Shown here in pieces: positions 13,391 through 26,011 of a DNA stretch of 64,000 nucleotides; the stretch's first letter is position 1, and each line of letters opens with the position of its first letter. The stretch covers positions 42,594,001-42,658,000 of the forward strand of contig CM060731.1 of NCBI GenBank assembly GCA_030704615.1. The letters are read 5' to 3'. Source of the DNA: Takakia lepidozioides. Its lineage: Eukaryota; Plantae; Bryophyta. The translations under genes were made by a program, and so were the position numbers. The notes beneath the pieces are model-generated. The model saw only the letters and a list, made by a program, of their open reading frames with translations. It had not been told where the DNA came from and ran no database searches.

Positions 13391-16300
13391 ATGGCGGGCA
13401 GGTTGGTGGTGGGAGCTGTGCGGGGCGCCAGGCGCTCATGGCGTGCTGCTGCTGCAGCACGGCAAAGCCACTCGCTGGCTGTGGCCGATGAGAGATTTCA
13501 GCGCTACAACTCGCCGGTGCCTACAAATGTGGATCACACGCCCGTCTTGGCCACTGCTGAAACGAAGGTGACGACATTGGGAAATGGGCTGCGTGTGGCC
13601 ACGGAGTCTAATCTGTCGGCAGAGACAGCGACTGTGGGGGTTTGGATTGATGCAGGCAGCCGCTTCGAGACATCCGCTACAAATGGTACCGCTCATTTTC
13701 TGGAACATATGATTTTCAAGGGTACTAAGAAGCGGAACCTGCGGCAGCTGGAAGAAGAGATTGAGAACATGGGAGGTCATCTGAATGCCTACACTTCGCG
13801 AGAACAGACCACGTACTACGCCAAAGTGCTGAAGAAGGACGTTCCAGTTGCTGTGGACATTTTGGCAGATATTTTGCAAAACTCTTCTTTTGAAGAGGAG
13901 CGCATCAATAGGGAGCGAAATGTCATTTTACGAGAAATGGAAGAGGTAGGTCAGCAGATCAATTCCTAGTGAGAGGCAATGGATTCTAACGATCAATGAG
14001 CACAGGCTTTGCAGCAGAGTTTTAGATCTGAGTTCATGACATGGACGTGTCAGGGCGATGTGCAGACGAATTTCGAGCTGTGTGTAGTTGGGGGCACTGA
14101 TCAGTACGTAATGTTTGTAGCGCAAATTTGCAAAATGATCTAACTAAGTTTAACCAATTAATAGGGACAAGAGCCGCATTGGGAACATACTGATTATGAG
14201 GCGCTCTACTGGATTGGATCCGGGAGAGTCATGAATCAAACCTAGATTTTGGATCGGCCACGGGGATGAGCTTGTACCTGGCTTTTTGATGGAGTCCAGC
14301 GGGAGTGTTGTAGGAGTTGCAGAAAGACTAGTTAAGCACGGTCTTGGACATGTAAGAGGCGAGTGACGGAAGTGCAGCACATTTAAGATCAAGAATCTGG
14401 GCGAGAACTTCAAACAGAGTGCATGGCTAAGAAATTCAGGGCAAGGGAAATTCTCTTCCGAGTAGTTTGAACATGTGCCATGTAAGCATGTCTGTGAGGG
14501 GAGGGGCGCAGGTGGAAGGCCAGGTGGAGGAGGTGATGTTTGACCATTTGCATGCTACAGCGTTTCAATACAGTCCGCTGGGACGTACAATATTGGGGCC
14601 AGCCGAAAATATTCGATCCATCACCAAAGCCAATTTGAGAGACTACATCACCACTCATTACACAGGTCCTCGAATGGTAAAAACCGAAGCTATATCCCCC
14701 ATTTACTCTTTGATGGATATGTGTAGCCACCTTACTGGCTTTTGATGTACCTTGGGAAATGTGCAGTTCTCGTTTTGGTGGAGACGATTTTCTTCTTTGA
14801 TGGAGTTTCAGCAGACATGTGCTTCCTAGTTTGAATCAAACAAAGGAGACCTTGTAATTGCACTTACAAGTTGTGGGGAGGGCTGCAGGTGGTCGCTGCT
14901 GCAGGTGCTGTGAAGCACGAGGAGCTGGTCAAAGTAGTAGAGAAGTCCTTCCAGTCTCTGTCAACAGATGCCACCACTGCAGGGCAGCTTGTAGAACAGG
15001 AACCAGCTATTTTCACAGGATCAGAGGTGGGCTCTATACGTGCCAACCACAGACTGTGTCTCTTCAGTGACAGTTCTGCACCTGTTGGCAACGTTTTAGG
15101 GTTACTTTGACATGTATGTATGAAGTAACTACATGTATGTATGTACGTGCAAGCATGTAGTTACTTCAATAGTATGTGGAGTTTGAGAGTCTGAAAGTTA
15201 TAGAATAGCTATAGGATTGCAAGTGAACTTCAGTTAGACGATCATATTTGAACACTAATATCTTGACATCCTGATCTTTCTTCCTCAAATCCCTAGCGGT
15301 CTCTATTTCATCACTTGGTACTCCAGGTGAGAAGTTTGCCAGTCAAACCTGGTGGAGATTTCCTCTCTCTCTTGATCTCTGCTTCTAATGATCTATATCT
15401 GTGCCTTTATGGATGGGATTTTCAGGTTCGCATTCGTGATGATGATATGCCATTGACCTACTTTGCAGTAGCGGTGAAGGGTGCAGCATGGACAGATCCA
15501 GATTCCATTGCCTTGATGGTTATGCAGACGATGTTGGGTGCATGGAACAAGAGTGCTGGGGCGGGCAAGCACATGGGGTAGTTGAAATGCCTTGCACTTT
15601 CTGCTTGTTTCATTCTGAACTATGTTTGATTATGGTGCTGCAACCTCTTTAATTCTCTGCACATGTGCAAAATTAAGAAAAGTTAATCTTCGCTTGGGAC
15701 AGATGCTACTATGCTCTGGGTTTTGGAGGGCACATCTTTGTGGAGCAGCTTTGCAGTTTTTGGTGGAACTTGGCTCAAACCTGTTACTCTTCTAAGAGTG
15801 GGTTGGCAACCTGAACTGTGCAGGTCAGAGATGGCCCAGAAGATTGGGGCAAATGAGTTGGCAGAGAGTGTAATGGCATTTAATACGAATTACAGCGACT
15901 CTGGACTTTTTGGCGTGTATGCAGTCGCTAAGGTGAGTTCTGTGCTGTGGGGATGAGGTTGGCTTCTTGCTAATGAGAATGTTTTAGACTGTACAACTTG
16001 GTCTTAGGTCTGAAATCTAATAGTGGCCTATGTTAATATCTGAGGCATCTGTGAGAAAAGAAATGTGAGAGGAGACTGATATCCTATGCAATGGGAAGTT
16101 GTGGGTTATGCCTGGCACTATGAAAGTAGTGACTTCGGACCCTCCACGTGAATGAGTTGTATGAATTTTCAGACAAGAACTCTATATGGATTGACCCTTT
16201 CCACACTGAATTTAACACAAGCAAAGAGTCAGCATTATTCTCTAAGACAAAACGGATTTTGTAAAACAATTGCAGCCAGATCAGCTGGATGATCTATCGT

Positions 16301-17727
16301 ATTGCATAATGCACGAGATGGGGAGGATGATATATCGAGTAGATCCAGATGATGTGGCTCGTGCTCGTAATCAGGTATTTTTCTTCATTACAAGCACTTT
16401 ACTATTTATGGCTGAGAACAAGTAAAGGGTTTGTTGCCTTTTGATCCTCTTACTGGGTCCTGTTATGGTGATTTGTTTTTCTAATAATGTGATACAGTAC
16501 TCGTCAATATTAATTGTCTTTTGCAAGAATATATATGTAATTATGATTGGTTTTGTTGTATCTGTCCAGTTTGCATCAGGCAGTCGTACTCCTGTCACTT
16601 ACAAATTGCAATGGCTGTTGCAGTTGAAATCATGTTTGCTTCTTCATTTGGATGGCACGAGTCCTATTGCTGAGGACATTGGGCGACAGGTGAGCGTCCA
16701 AGTAGGATGTAGTTGCCAATTTTCCATTCTCATTGGGTAAGCTGAAATGGCGAATTTTGACAATGATGAAATCCATCTTCCTACTGTTCATACTCCTTGT
16801 CTACAGAGAGTTCCCCTGTTAGCTTTGCAAACTGGGGTTGGTGGCTGCATTACCAAAACATTTGAGAGAATTGTCATTCCTGGGAGATGTGTCCATGCAG
16901 GCTGCCACCGTATAGGTGTCTTGTTTGCGAGTAGCTTTCAATAGGTATCCAAGTGATGGCACTGTAGCCATGCTGGAGGTGCTGATTGTTTTAGCCGCAA
17001 GTGTCCTCGATGCCAGTTATGGTACATGGTCGAAGTTTGGACATACAGGGTTTGGGTTTACATGGACAAACACAACGAATACTTAGGTAGGGTGGAAGTG
17101 TAAGTGGTTGTCTTGATGTGCTGACTCCTGACAGAAGTAAGTGGACAGAGACTGCATGTGGAAGTGCTTAATCTAGCGCTTTAACAGGCAAAAGTGGAGA
17201 GACCTTTCAGACAGGTGCTGAGAGTGTGCTTGTTCTCCTCATCCAGATTTTGACATATGGCCGACGAGTTCCGCTTGCTGAGCTGTTTGCACGCATCGAT
17301 ACTGTGGATGTGAAAACTGTAAAGCGTGTTGCAAGCCGTTTCATCTTTGATCAGGTCAGCAGCGACTCCCTCCCTTTGCTGAAGGAGGATTGTTGGATGT
17401 GCCGTGGGACTGAGTCAAGAATAGTTATATATGGCTGTGAGATATGTATTTTCATGTCTACTTTCTTTATCTAGACTTTTCTAACGGGAGCACATTTGCA
17501 TCGTCAAAGCTGAAAGTACATATCTCGGTGATAGGAGGAGCTGAGGTTTTTGTCGGACTTTTACTTGATTCTCACCCTTCGGGCTACTGCCACCTCATTT
17601 TACGTTCTACTTAAGAGGGTTGTTGCTGGGTGTTTACCAGGAGGTTGCCATTGCGGCCATGGGGCCCACACACCTCCTCCCTGACTACACCTGGTTCCGG
17701 CGTCGTACCTATTGGAATCGCTACTGA
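13391..17727 (+). CDS. MPPB: Mitochondrial processing peptidase beta subunit (M16 peptidase / complex III core protein), 9 exons, 492 aa
   Basis: Exons 13391-13945, 14512-14676, 14889-15026, 15426-15577, 15824-15932, 16276-16374, 16624-16689, 17247-17354, 17641-17727 (1479 nt, phases consistent). Zinc motif [19 protein letters not shown], and C-terminal [11 protein letters not shown]. Arg/Ala-rich mitochondrial presequence. Confidence 0.95.
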
Positions 17728-19449
17728 GTGTGCCAAAATTTTCAACATTAGAATCTCGTACCATTGGCAGGACAACTTGCCTTATGTGCCCTTATGCAAG
17801 TTCAACGTCACCTCTGAATGATAAGGTTGGGGATGCCAATGCTCTTTGGGAAATCGCTTGCCTATCATGCCATGTCTATACATGCATGCTCTCTGAGCAC
17901 ACAAATTTTTACGGTGACATTGAGCTCTTGGCCAGATACAGGTGCTGAAGTTGCCCTTCACCAGTGGCATATGCTTTGTGCACCGCACCATGTTTGGCTT
18001 GTCTTGAACCTAATAATTGATTCATATTCTACTGACTTACAAGGTTGGATGTTTTTTTATTAGTGAGGGTGTGTTGTGGATCAAGTCACGAAATAATTCT
18101 AGATGAGTTATGTGGTTCCACCCTCATACAGGGCAGCCAATGATGTCTTCTCATGGAGAAGGTATGAAGGCACCGTTGGGAAGGCACATGCGAATAGTGC
18201 AGCGGCAGAAATCTGGTTGCACAAGGCTGTGGGACATAAGACTTGTCCGGGCAGTTGCCCCCATCATCTTGATGTGTAGCCTCAGGCTTATCCCAAGGCT
18301 ACTTTTTCCTTGGTCTTTCCATCTAGTGTAAGGGCCTCTCTTACCCGAGGGGAGGCAAAATGAGGAAAAGGAAACAAGCAAAGAAACTAATGGAATGTCC
18401 TGTATGTGTTTGCATTGTAGCTGGCTTTAGTTTCTGTATGGGATGGTTTTGTCATTAGGAAGTTATTCATATTTATGTGTGAAAGAGTGTTTCTTAGTTG
18501 CATCAAACTGGTCAAACCGATGTTTGCATGGTTTGTGGCCCATGATTGGGGGAGATGTTGCTGGAGTTGTGGTTGCGTCCTCTATGGAATGTGTCCCCTA
18601 TGGAATGCATAACAGGTACAAGTATTGTTGAGGTTAATACTCCTCTTTATTTTATTCAGCATATGAAATATGTCAACATCATACTTTAATCATTCTTTTC
18701 GAGGAATTCTAACCTGGTTGATTATCTGGCACCTTGGAAGTGACTAGTTTCTTCCAACCCAGTTTGATGATTACAGTTTTTTCATTAGATGTAGACGGTG
18801 GCAGAGCATGTTGGTTTGTTGGTTAGTTGGCCATTGAGAGTTAGATTCAGCACAATCAGCAAGTTTGGTAGAACTCACCGAAGTTGTGATTATATGAAGG
18901 TGGCGGTGAGGAACTAGTATCATTTAGGGAAGGAGAATCCCCAGTACATGTGGATGTTGTGCAGTGTCCTAACTTTATACAAGTGTTACATTCTGTTCTC
19001 TTTTTGATATATCTGTCTTCTCCCTACATTTCTGGTCAAGCCTATAACTCAATCCTAGGTCACAAAAAGGTTTTGTTATGTAGTAACTAGTAACATAAGT
19101 ACTCAAAGGGCCTCCTTTGGATCCTTTGGATTGAGTCAAACCCTCCTTGGGTGAATGAAGAGCTAGCTGCCATGATACAAGGTCAGGGACAATCTGGTGA
19201 CGGTTTTCAGATTGAGCATCAAGCTCAAGGCCGAGAACACAATGGGGTGTTGGTTGACATTCTCTAAGAGCTTTGTGATGTATTATATGAGTTTCAGTAT
19301 AAAGATCATGAACTGAAGTCTTTTGAGTCATGCAGGATGGCAGTTTTGTGGTGATGTGCGAAATGAGACACCGAACATTTTGAACTACCAAGCACATATG
19401 TAGACTCCAAATGGAAGTATGACTATACAGGATTAGGGCCCCTTAAGAG

Positions 19450-22280
19450 TCTCATGAGATGCCATAGCCAATTCTTCAACAGGTATTGGGTCCACCATTG
19501 CCATATTGAGCACCCATTTCACCTCCTCCACAGCCTCGCCCTAATCCACTGTATGACGTACAGCCTTTCCCCCACTCACCACAAGAAAAACATAGGGCCT
19601 TGTGCAAGCAAGGCTTCCACCATGAGAGTGCTGGGCTTCGGAGGCACACACCCATGGATTCAAGACAAATCTTGTAATACACGCCGCAGAAAACATTGCA
19701 ATCCAACATCATCTGCAGATGAATTGGTGGACAAATGTTAATCCTGAAACACAGACCACCAGGAGAATGCAGGGGAGAATGGAGAATGTAGGCCTGTACC
19801 AAATTCACAGGGCAAGACTTGCTTAGTCACAACCAAGCAAAGCTTGCAAGAGCAATCAAGTTGCATGGCTCGGCAGAGCCTGCTTGCTCTCAGGGCGGCA
19901 GACCGCCATGTTTGCTTTCATCAATTCACTACAGTGGCAGCGTCAGGATGCCTGAAATGGTAGGGTTATGCATTTTATGTTGGAAAATTTTAGGCAGGTA
20001 TTTATCCCATATCGTTTGCAGACATCTTGATGGATGAGTCCTATATAACCCTGGGCTTCTGTCGTTGAAGACATCAGCCGTGTGCTCAGCGCAGAGCGAA
20101 CTATTCTTTCGCCTTTTACTAAAGAATACCGTGCGCGGGGTAGAGAAAGCGGCATACCCCATTTTTTGTGCCGGCCCTCTCACCAGGGCCCTCCAACTAA
20201 ATCTAAGCCGGACAAAATGTGTCTGTAGCAGAATGTTTCTGTTCTTACTTGTATGTTCAAGATGCGTACAGGCTATGATAAAATTGCAAATTTCCTGCGC
20301 GATCATCACTACACTGCATGGCCTGTACGCGTCTTGAACCTAGGAGTAAGAACCCCCTCCCTAAGGAAGGCTGCAAGGGGCAACTTAGTTTCTGGAATTT
20401 TATCGACATTGACACCCTCTTTCGCATTCCACTTCTTAGTGAGATCCATGAGACCTTTCATGATCGGTAGAAGTCGAAACAAAGGGTTCTCTTCAGATAC
20501 CATGCTTCCAATTGGTCAAATATACTGCGGGTTCTCTCTATCAGCATTAGTGCTGAGTCTGGTACAGCACGTTTGTAGGCCCCGCAGCCTTCTGCCAATT
20601 TAGGGCCTCGAAAAAGGTGCGAGACAATTCGGGGAAGAGGTCCAACACATAGAGATGCTTATGGTTACTCCCTCTCAGCTTTTAGGGCGCTTTGTCAACG
20701 ATTTCATCAATCTCATCAATGCGTTTTCTTTTCAGTTCACACTCTCTGCACTCCCCTCCACTCTCTTCATCTCCTGCTTTGCAATGGTGACCTCCGGACT
20801 CAAAAGCTTGAATGCCAACGATGACATAAATCCTTCAGAAGACAGGGGACAGGAGGATTATTCTATTATGGAGGGAAGAATGTGGGCATCAAAGTGAACC
20901 ACAGGCCTATGATTAAGGTCCCAGGCTTTCTGTAGATGCTTCATGTTGCTTTCGGTCCTTTATCACTTGGAGCATTCAGTGCCATACAGCTCCGTGCTCT
21001 AGAAGAGAAGGAAAACAGGACCATGTGTGGTTGAAGGTCAGAGCTACTGAATCTCAGTAGATTACCCCAATCGTCAGCAGACAGGGGGGCTCTCATGTGA
21101 ACTACTCTTAAAGGAAGATTTCTTCTCGAGAGAAGATGACTGCCATCTGACAATCTCTGGTGAATAACTTGGTGATATTACTTGATGGTGGTAAATATAA
21201 CTTGATAGTGGGGACAGACCTGTGTCTCAGTTCGCAAATCACACAACCACAAATAGAGCAACAATTACAAACACATAAAATACAACGACTTACATTACTC
21301 ACAGCTAAAAGGAGTTCTGAGTCAATCATGCAGACAACTGATGGTTTGCAAGTCTAGACACCATGTGTAGAACGCAAGCTTTAAACTTCTCCCATAACCC
21401 TGAGCCCACTCTTCAGCCCAGCTCATCTCAATCCAAGGCCGGAACCTAACCTGATCTGCACACTGCAAACCTTACATGGAAGAACTGTGCGAAAGATCAT
21501 ACTGGCGTCAAAGGTTCTTACAACACCTACTACAAACCAGTCAACATCACAAATGGCCCAAGCGCAGTTCTTCAGGAAAAGGAGGTTTCCACAGCCCCCC
21601 TCGAAAGTCTACTTGGAAAAGCCAATGCGCTGTGATGCAGAGGGCTTTGGCCGGTGGTCAGAAAGCAGAGCCGAGGAAGCAGGCCCTGCTGGGGGACCTG
21701 CCACAGAGGCAGCCCGCCGCCGAGCCTCATCGAACTCCTCCTTACAGTCCTCTGCCTTCAACTCCAGCCTCGTGGGCTTTCTTCTCAACATACTTATCTC
21801 TCTCCCTCCGATCTCCACACAAGTCACAACACAAGGCTCGCCGACATCTCCTCCGAGAAGACGCAGCGTCTCTTCATTGTCAGGAGAGTAAACCCTAGCG
21901 AGACGTATCGTATGAAAATACGTATATACTATCCCGAGTGAATGCCGAAAGTTACTGAAAGCCAAATCAAGCGATTCGAGCTCAAATTCCAAACCCAACA
22001 ATTTGCTGCTTTCAATGTGCGTACTGTATGAGTACCCAACACTCCCTTCACATTGAAGTTGATATGGAAATTGCAATGTTTTTGCTCCTTCATTCTTCTT
22101 GGATACGCCGTACCGTATACATACATATATTTCTGGGGGGAAGCCCGTAGCCGTTGAAGCCCTTGAGTCAGATTAAAAGGAGGAAAAAAGACCCTCATGG
22201 GCAATGGAATACAAATAATATGGATGAAGATGATGGCAGAAGTGAAGGCTTGCGAATTTGACCACGGATCCCCCACTTGT
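19450..22280 (-). pseudogene. Heavily decayed coding relic, possibly a KDZ/CxC-type transposase
   Basis: Broken minus-strand frames give, in transposase order, GYAAFSTPRTVFFS (CxC-like), MAVCRP (cf. xxCRH), DCNVFC and GLGRGCGGGEM (cf. GxGxxxGExxE). The resemblance is weak and by eye only. Confidence 0.25.
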
Positions 22281-23147
22281 CGTTTACCAGCAGCTGAGTT
22301 TATTTTCCATTAAAGTGTAATTAATTTTAGAAGTCCGTGATCCAACGTGTAGCATGTCTGACTTGTCGTGTCTCGCTTGCCGAGGGGGACACTGCTCGCT
22401 GCATCTACGAGTAAGGAAAGTGAGGGAGTGAAGGGAATGCATGCCATTCCCAAGATGCAGCGAGACGACAGAACATTCGAATTGCACGTCCATTCACATA
22501 TTGCAGATCTCTAAAAGAGGATTTTTTTTATAATTGTTTGGAGCACCCAGCCAAAATTGTTGAATGAGTAGAGTGGCTGAAAAAGAATGTCTACATTGTT
22601 GCATTTTCTATGGAGAAAGATTCGCAAGTTACAGTAGAATCCCTCTGTACTGTAAGAGAGACAGTTCTCTATGGCACTGCCTGCAATGAAGTTAGCGGAT
22701 GAAACAAATGTGGACACCCAAGTTGGATGGTCCCGTCCATCCTACATCCAATATCTTTAAAGAGCGAGCACGTCCTAGGTATCGTCATAACTCTTATGCT
22801 CTTCCAAAATGGACTCCAGCATTGCTCACAAGGATTACAAGGACGTGCTCATTGTCGCATTAGGAAGGGCGGGGGAGTTGGTTGCACAGTTTGAAGTCGT
22901 GCTAAAGAGGGTTTCGGATGTGCTTGCATCTATGGATGTGGCATTGGATGTGGCATTGACAAACGCCTATGAGGTATTGGCATCTTACCAAGTTGTATCA
23001 AAGGATTTGGAGGTGGAGGCATCTTCGCACGTTCTAGAGAGCCTCACAAGGCGTCCCTGGTTCCGCTGCGAAGAATGACCTTTGCTAAAGGGGCAGGTGG
23101 GGTGCTTGAACACCACCTCATGCTCCCGCGACCCCTGACAAGGGCTT

Positions 23148-23172
23148 CAAAAAAAAAAAAAAAAAAAAAAAA
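23148..23172 (+). repeat. Poly(A) tract
   Basis: Run of ~24 A. Confidence 0.9.
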
Positions 23173-23606
23173 GGGGTCCTTTTGGACCCACCCAGGCCGG
23201 CTGGGGAAAAATTTAGGGCTTGAAAGATGGTCTCTATCACGCCCTGTCAGTGGCAGATTTGATCGAAATAGCGATGATTAAAGTTCATGCTACTATAGCT
23301 ACACATTCCCGAGAAAGTGGACTGGCTGCCGTACTCCAATCCACCAGACTCGGCACTAAGAGAATAGGACTTAGGTCCTAGGTCTTTAGGATGCCAGCTA
23401 GTGCCAAGTTTTTGTTTCTCGGCAAGACAGAAGGCCACGTCGACAAGTTCTGGCTAAACCCTAATATATTTTGGCCAAAAGGTCACATTTTTTGTAGCCA
23501 AATAATTATATTGTAAATAGTTGAATTATTGAAGGCGGAAAAAAAAAGTTAAATTTGACAGGGTGCCATACGCCTCAGGCGTCAACCATGACCAAGATGA
23601 AAAATA

Positions 23607-23890
23607 AAGCTCGGGAATAATTGCATGGTGGCTCTTGTTGCTCAGGGCTACTCAGATATCAGATGGCTGGCAGAAAAGATGAGTGCAAAATCTGGCAAGC
23701 CTTTCTCGACTGGGGACATTATGCTTAGTTATTTTGTGACACTGTCAAGGAATAGATCTGTGGGGGCAAACTGGGGTCAGGTAAAAAACTTGAAGACATT
23801 TTGTCCTCCATGAGTCAAGTAGCGGAGGGTGTTGCCACAGCAGGTGAGGTCATCGCGTTGGCTCGGAAGTATCGAGTTCAAATGCTGGTT
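23607..23890 (+). pseudogene. GLY1: Intronless, frameshifted fragment of NAD-dependent glycerol-3-phosphate dehydrogenase (GLY1/SFD1-like)
   Basis: Translates as KLGNNCMVALVAQGYSDIRWLAEKM..TGDIMLSYFVTLSRNRSVG / EDILSSMSQVAEGVATAGEVIALARKYRVQM. This matches the C-terminal domain of plant G3PDH (GNN, GD..LTC, SRN, AEGV motifs). Truncated at both ends with frameshifts. Confidence 0.85.
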
Positions 23891-25319
23891 CATTTCTTGC
23901 TTGTATTTTTGTACCGTTGTCATTGTAAAACACATTGGCTGCCAACTATCAGCCTTCCCGCACCTGTATCAGCCTTCCCCAACCTATTGTTCACTCTGCT
24001 TGCGAAGTAGGGCAATGGAGAGGGTTCAAAGTTTCTTTTCGTCCAGAGACTTGAGTTGGCAAGAGTCTTAAAAGTGTTAAGTGCCTTTCACTTTGGAAAA
24101 ACATATGAACCGGGAACTAACAGTGGAAGGGCCACTGGCACACCTTGGAAGATGTGTTCAGATTGCCACCCTTAGTCTCTGTATGCATTTGCATTTCCAT
24201 CTATCTCCTTGGTGAAAGGAGGCCATGAACTTACAAATCTTCAATCTGGCAGGTATGTTGTGCAAAGAATGTACTTATAAGACGTGGTTTGTCGTAGCCT
24301 TGTGGTCGTTGACCCCGTGCCGAGACATCGTTGCAATCTTCCTTGTCGCAACATTCACAATAACTTTATTTTTGTACAGGGATTCGAACCCTTATAGCTA
24401 TCCATTATAGCATACAAAATTATGGCCGAAAGGCCTTTAAAATTAACCATAAAGGTTAAATAAATTGGAGTTTTTGAAATATAAATATGATAAACAATTT
24501 GATTGAATGAATTTTGAACATATTGAAATGATGAATTCTCAGGTTGAAAACATGATATAATATAGTATTATATATTACATATTATATATTGATTTCTATT
24601 TAAAATATAAAAATATATCATTTTATTATTTATTTATTTATTAAATTATTTATAGTTAAATTATTTTATATTCATTCTTATTAATAGTTACAATAAATTC
24701 GTTATTATAAATATTATATTTTATATATTTTGAAATTTTGAAGATATAATATGATAAATAATTTGATTGATTAGATATAAATTAGAATGATGAATCTGAG
24801 GGTGAAAGGATATGATAATATGATATGTAAAAGTAACAGTAAAAATAAAACATGAGTGTAACTAGGAATGGTTGATTTATGATAATAGATAGAAACAAAT
24901 GATTGATCGATGATGGATAAAATGATAGTTGATTTATGTGGTGACATTCATAGATTATAGGTAGTTCTTAATTTTTTTTTAGTTATTATTGTAATAAGTT
25001 ATTAATAATATTATATTCCTATATTTATAATTTAATCATTTAATCTATAATTTTTCATTGTAATTAAATATTTATAATATTTAAGCTACATATACTATAT
25101 TGATATCATGCTTGAATATTTTGATATATTTGTTGAAATGATGTTACATTCAAGTGGCATGATAATAGTGTCATAAACTTTGATGGTATATTGAAAATAT
25201 GAGATAGTGTGCCTGATCATTTTGAAAATTAAATGAACATTGTTTATTTAGAAACTACAAATACTATGTATAATATTGTATAAATACAATGTTAAAAAAT
25301 CATATATTTTTATTATATT

Positions 25320-26011
25320 TTAAAACCAATATTTTTTACATAATGTTGGACGACCAGAAACTCTACCGTTTTTATATGTATCTAAACTAGAAATATACCA
25401 CGCTTCTAATCTATTGGCTTGGTTACGATCTTTTGTACTAGCAAGTATTTCTAGAACAAAATTATCAATAAATGTAAAATTCAAAACATCATCTCTCATT
25501 TTACTAGGTGGTTTATGTCGATGTTGTAAAAACCTATTTGAAGGGTTTATACTTTGACTAGCATAAACTTTTCTATTTTGCAAACACGTTATCTTGTCGA
25601 TAAAAATTTGAGGTTCGGTCACTTTTTTTACTTTTTTGCAAGAGAACTTTTTGAGGTAGTCATTGAACGTGGATTTAGAGTTGATGTCTCTATGAAGACC
25701 CATGATTCAGTAACATGCATCTGAGAAATTTCAGATGTGCAGGTGTAGTCATCTTGAACTTCAGAACCATCTCGTTTGGATCGAGCTTTCTTCAATACTT
25801 TATCAGCATCGTTGTATGTCAGATTTTTCATGTGAAAAATGTTGATGCCAAAATCAAAGTGAAGCTCCCACATATGGTACACTCTAATTCCTTTGGTATG
25901 ACTATTCAATAAATTCATGCCGTCCTTTTTTGTGAATTTTTTTTTGTCGAAAGTCTCTCGAAAAGTGTGAAGAAAGTACTTTTTTGCACCTACAAAATAA
26001 AACAGTCGCAT
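25320..26011 (-). pseudogene. GIY-YIG endonuclease remnant in an AT-rich island
   Basis: IFIDKITCLQNRKVYASQSINPSNRFLQH...FVLEILAST...ANRLEAWYISSLDTYKNG follows the GIY-YIG pattern (IYKIT..N.KVY.GQ....RF.QH...E..YI...T..NGYN) with degenerate G/Y positions. An overlapping upstream ORF (25628-26011) is probably the same gene, frameshifted. Confidence 0.65.

Noticed and set aside
24375-24415. Second tRNA or SINE head (minus-strand GGTTCGAATCCC)
   Set aside because: Only a B-box-like match; no properly spaced A box, body or TSD found.
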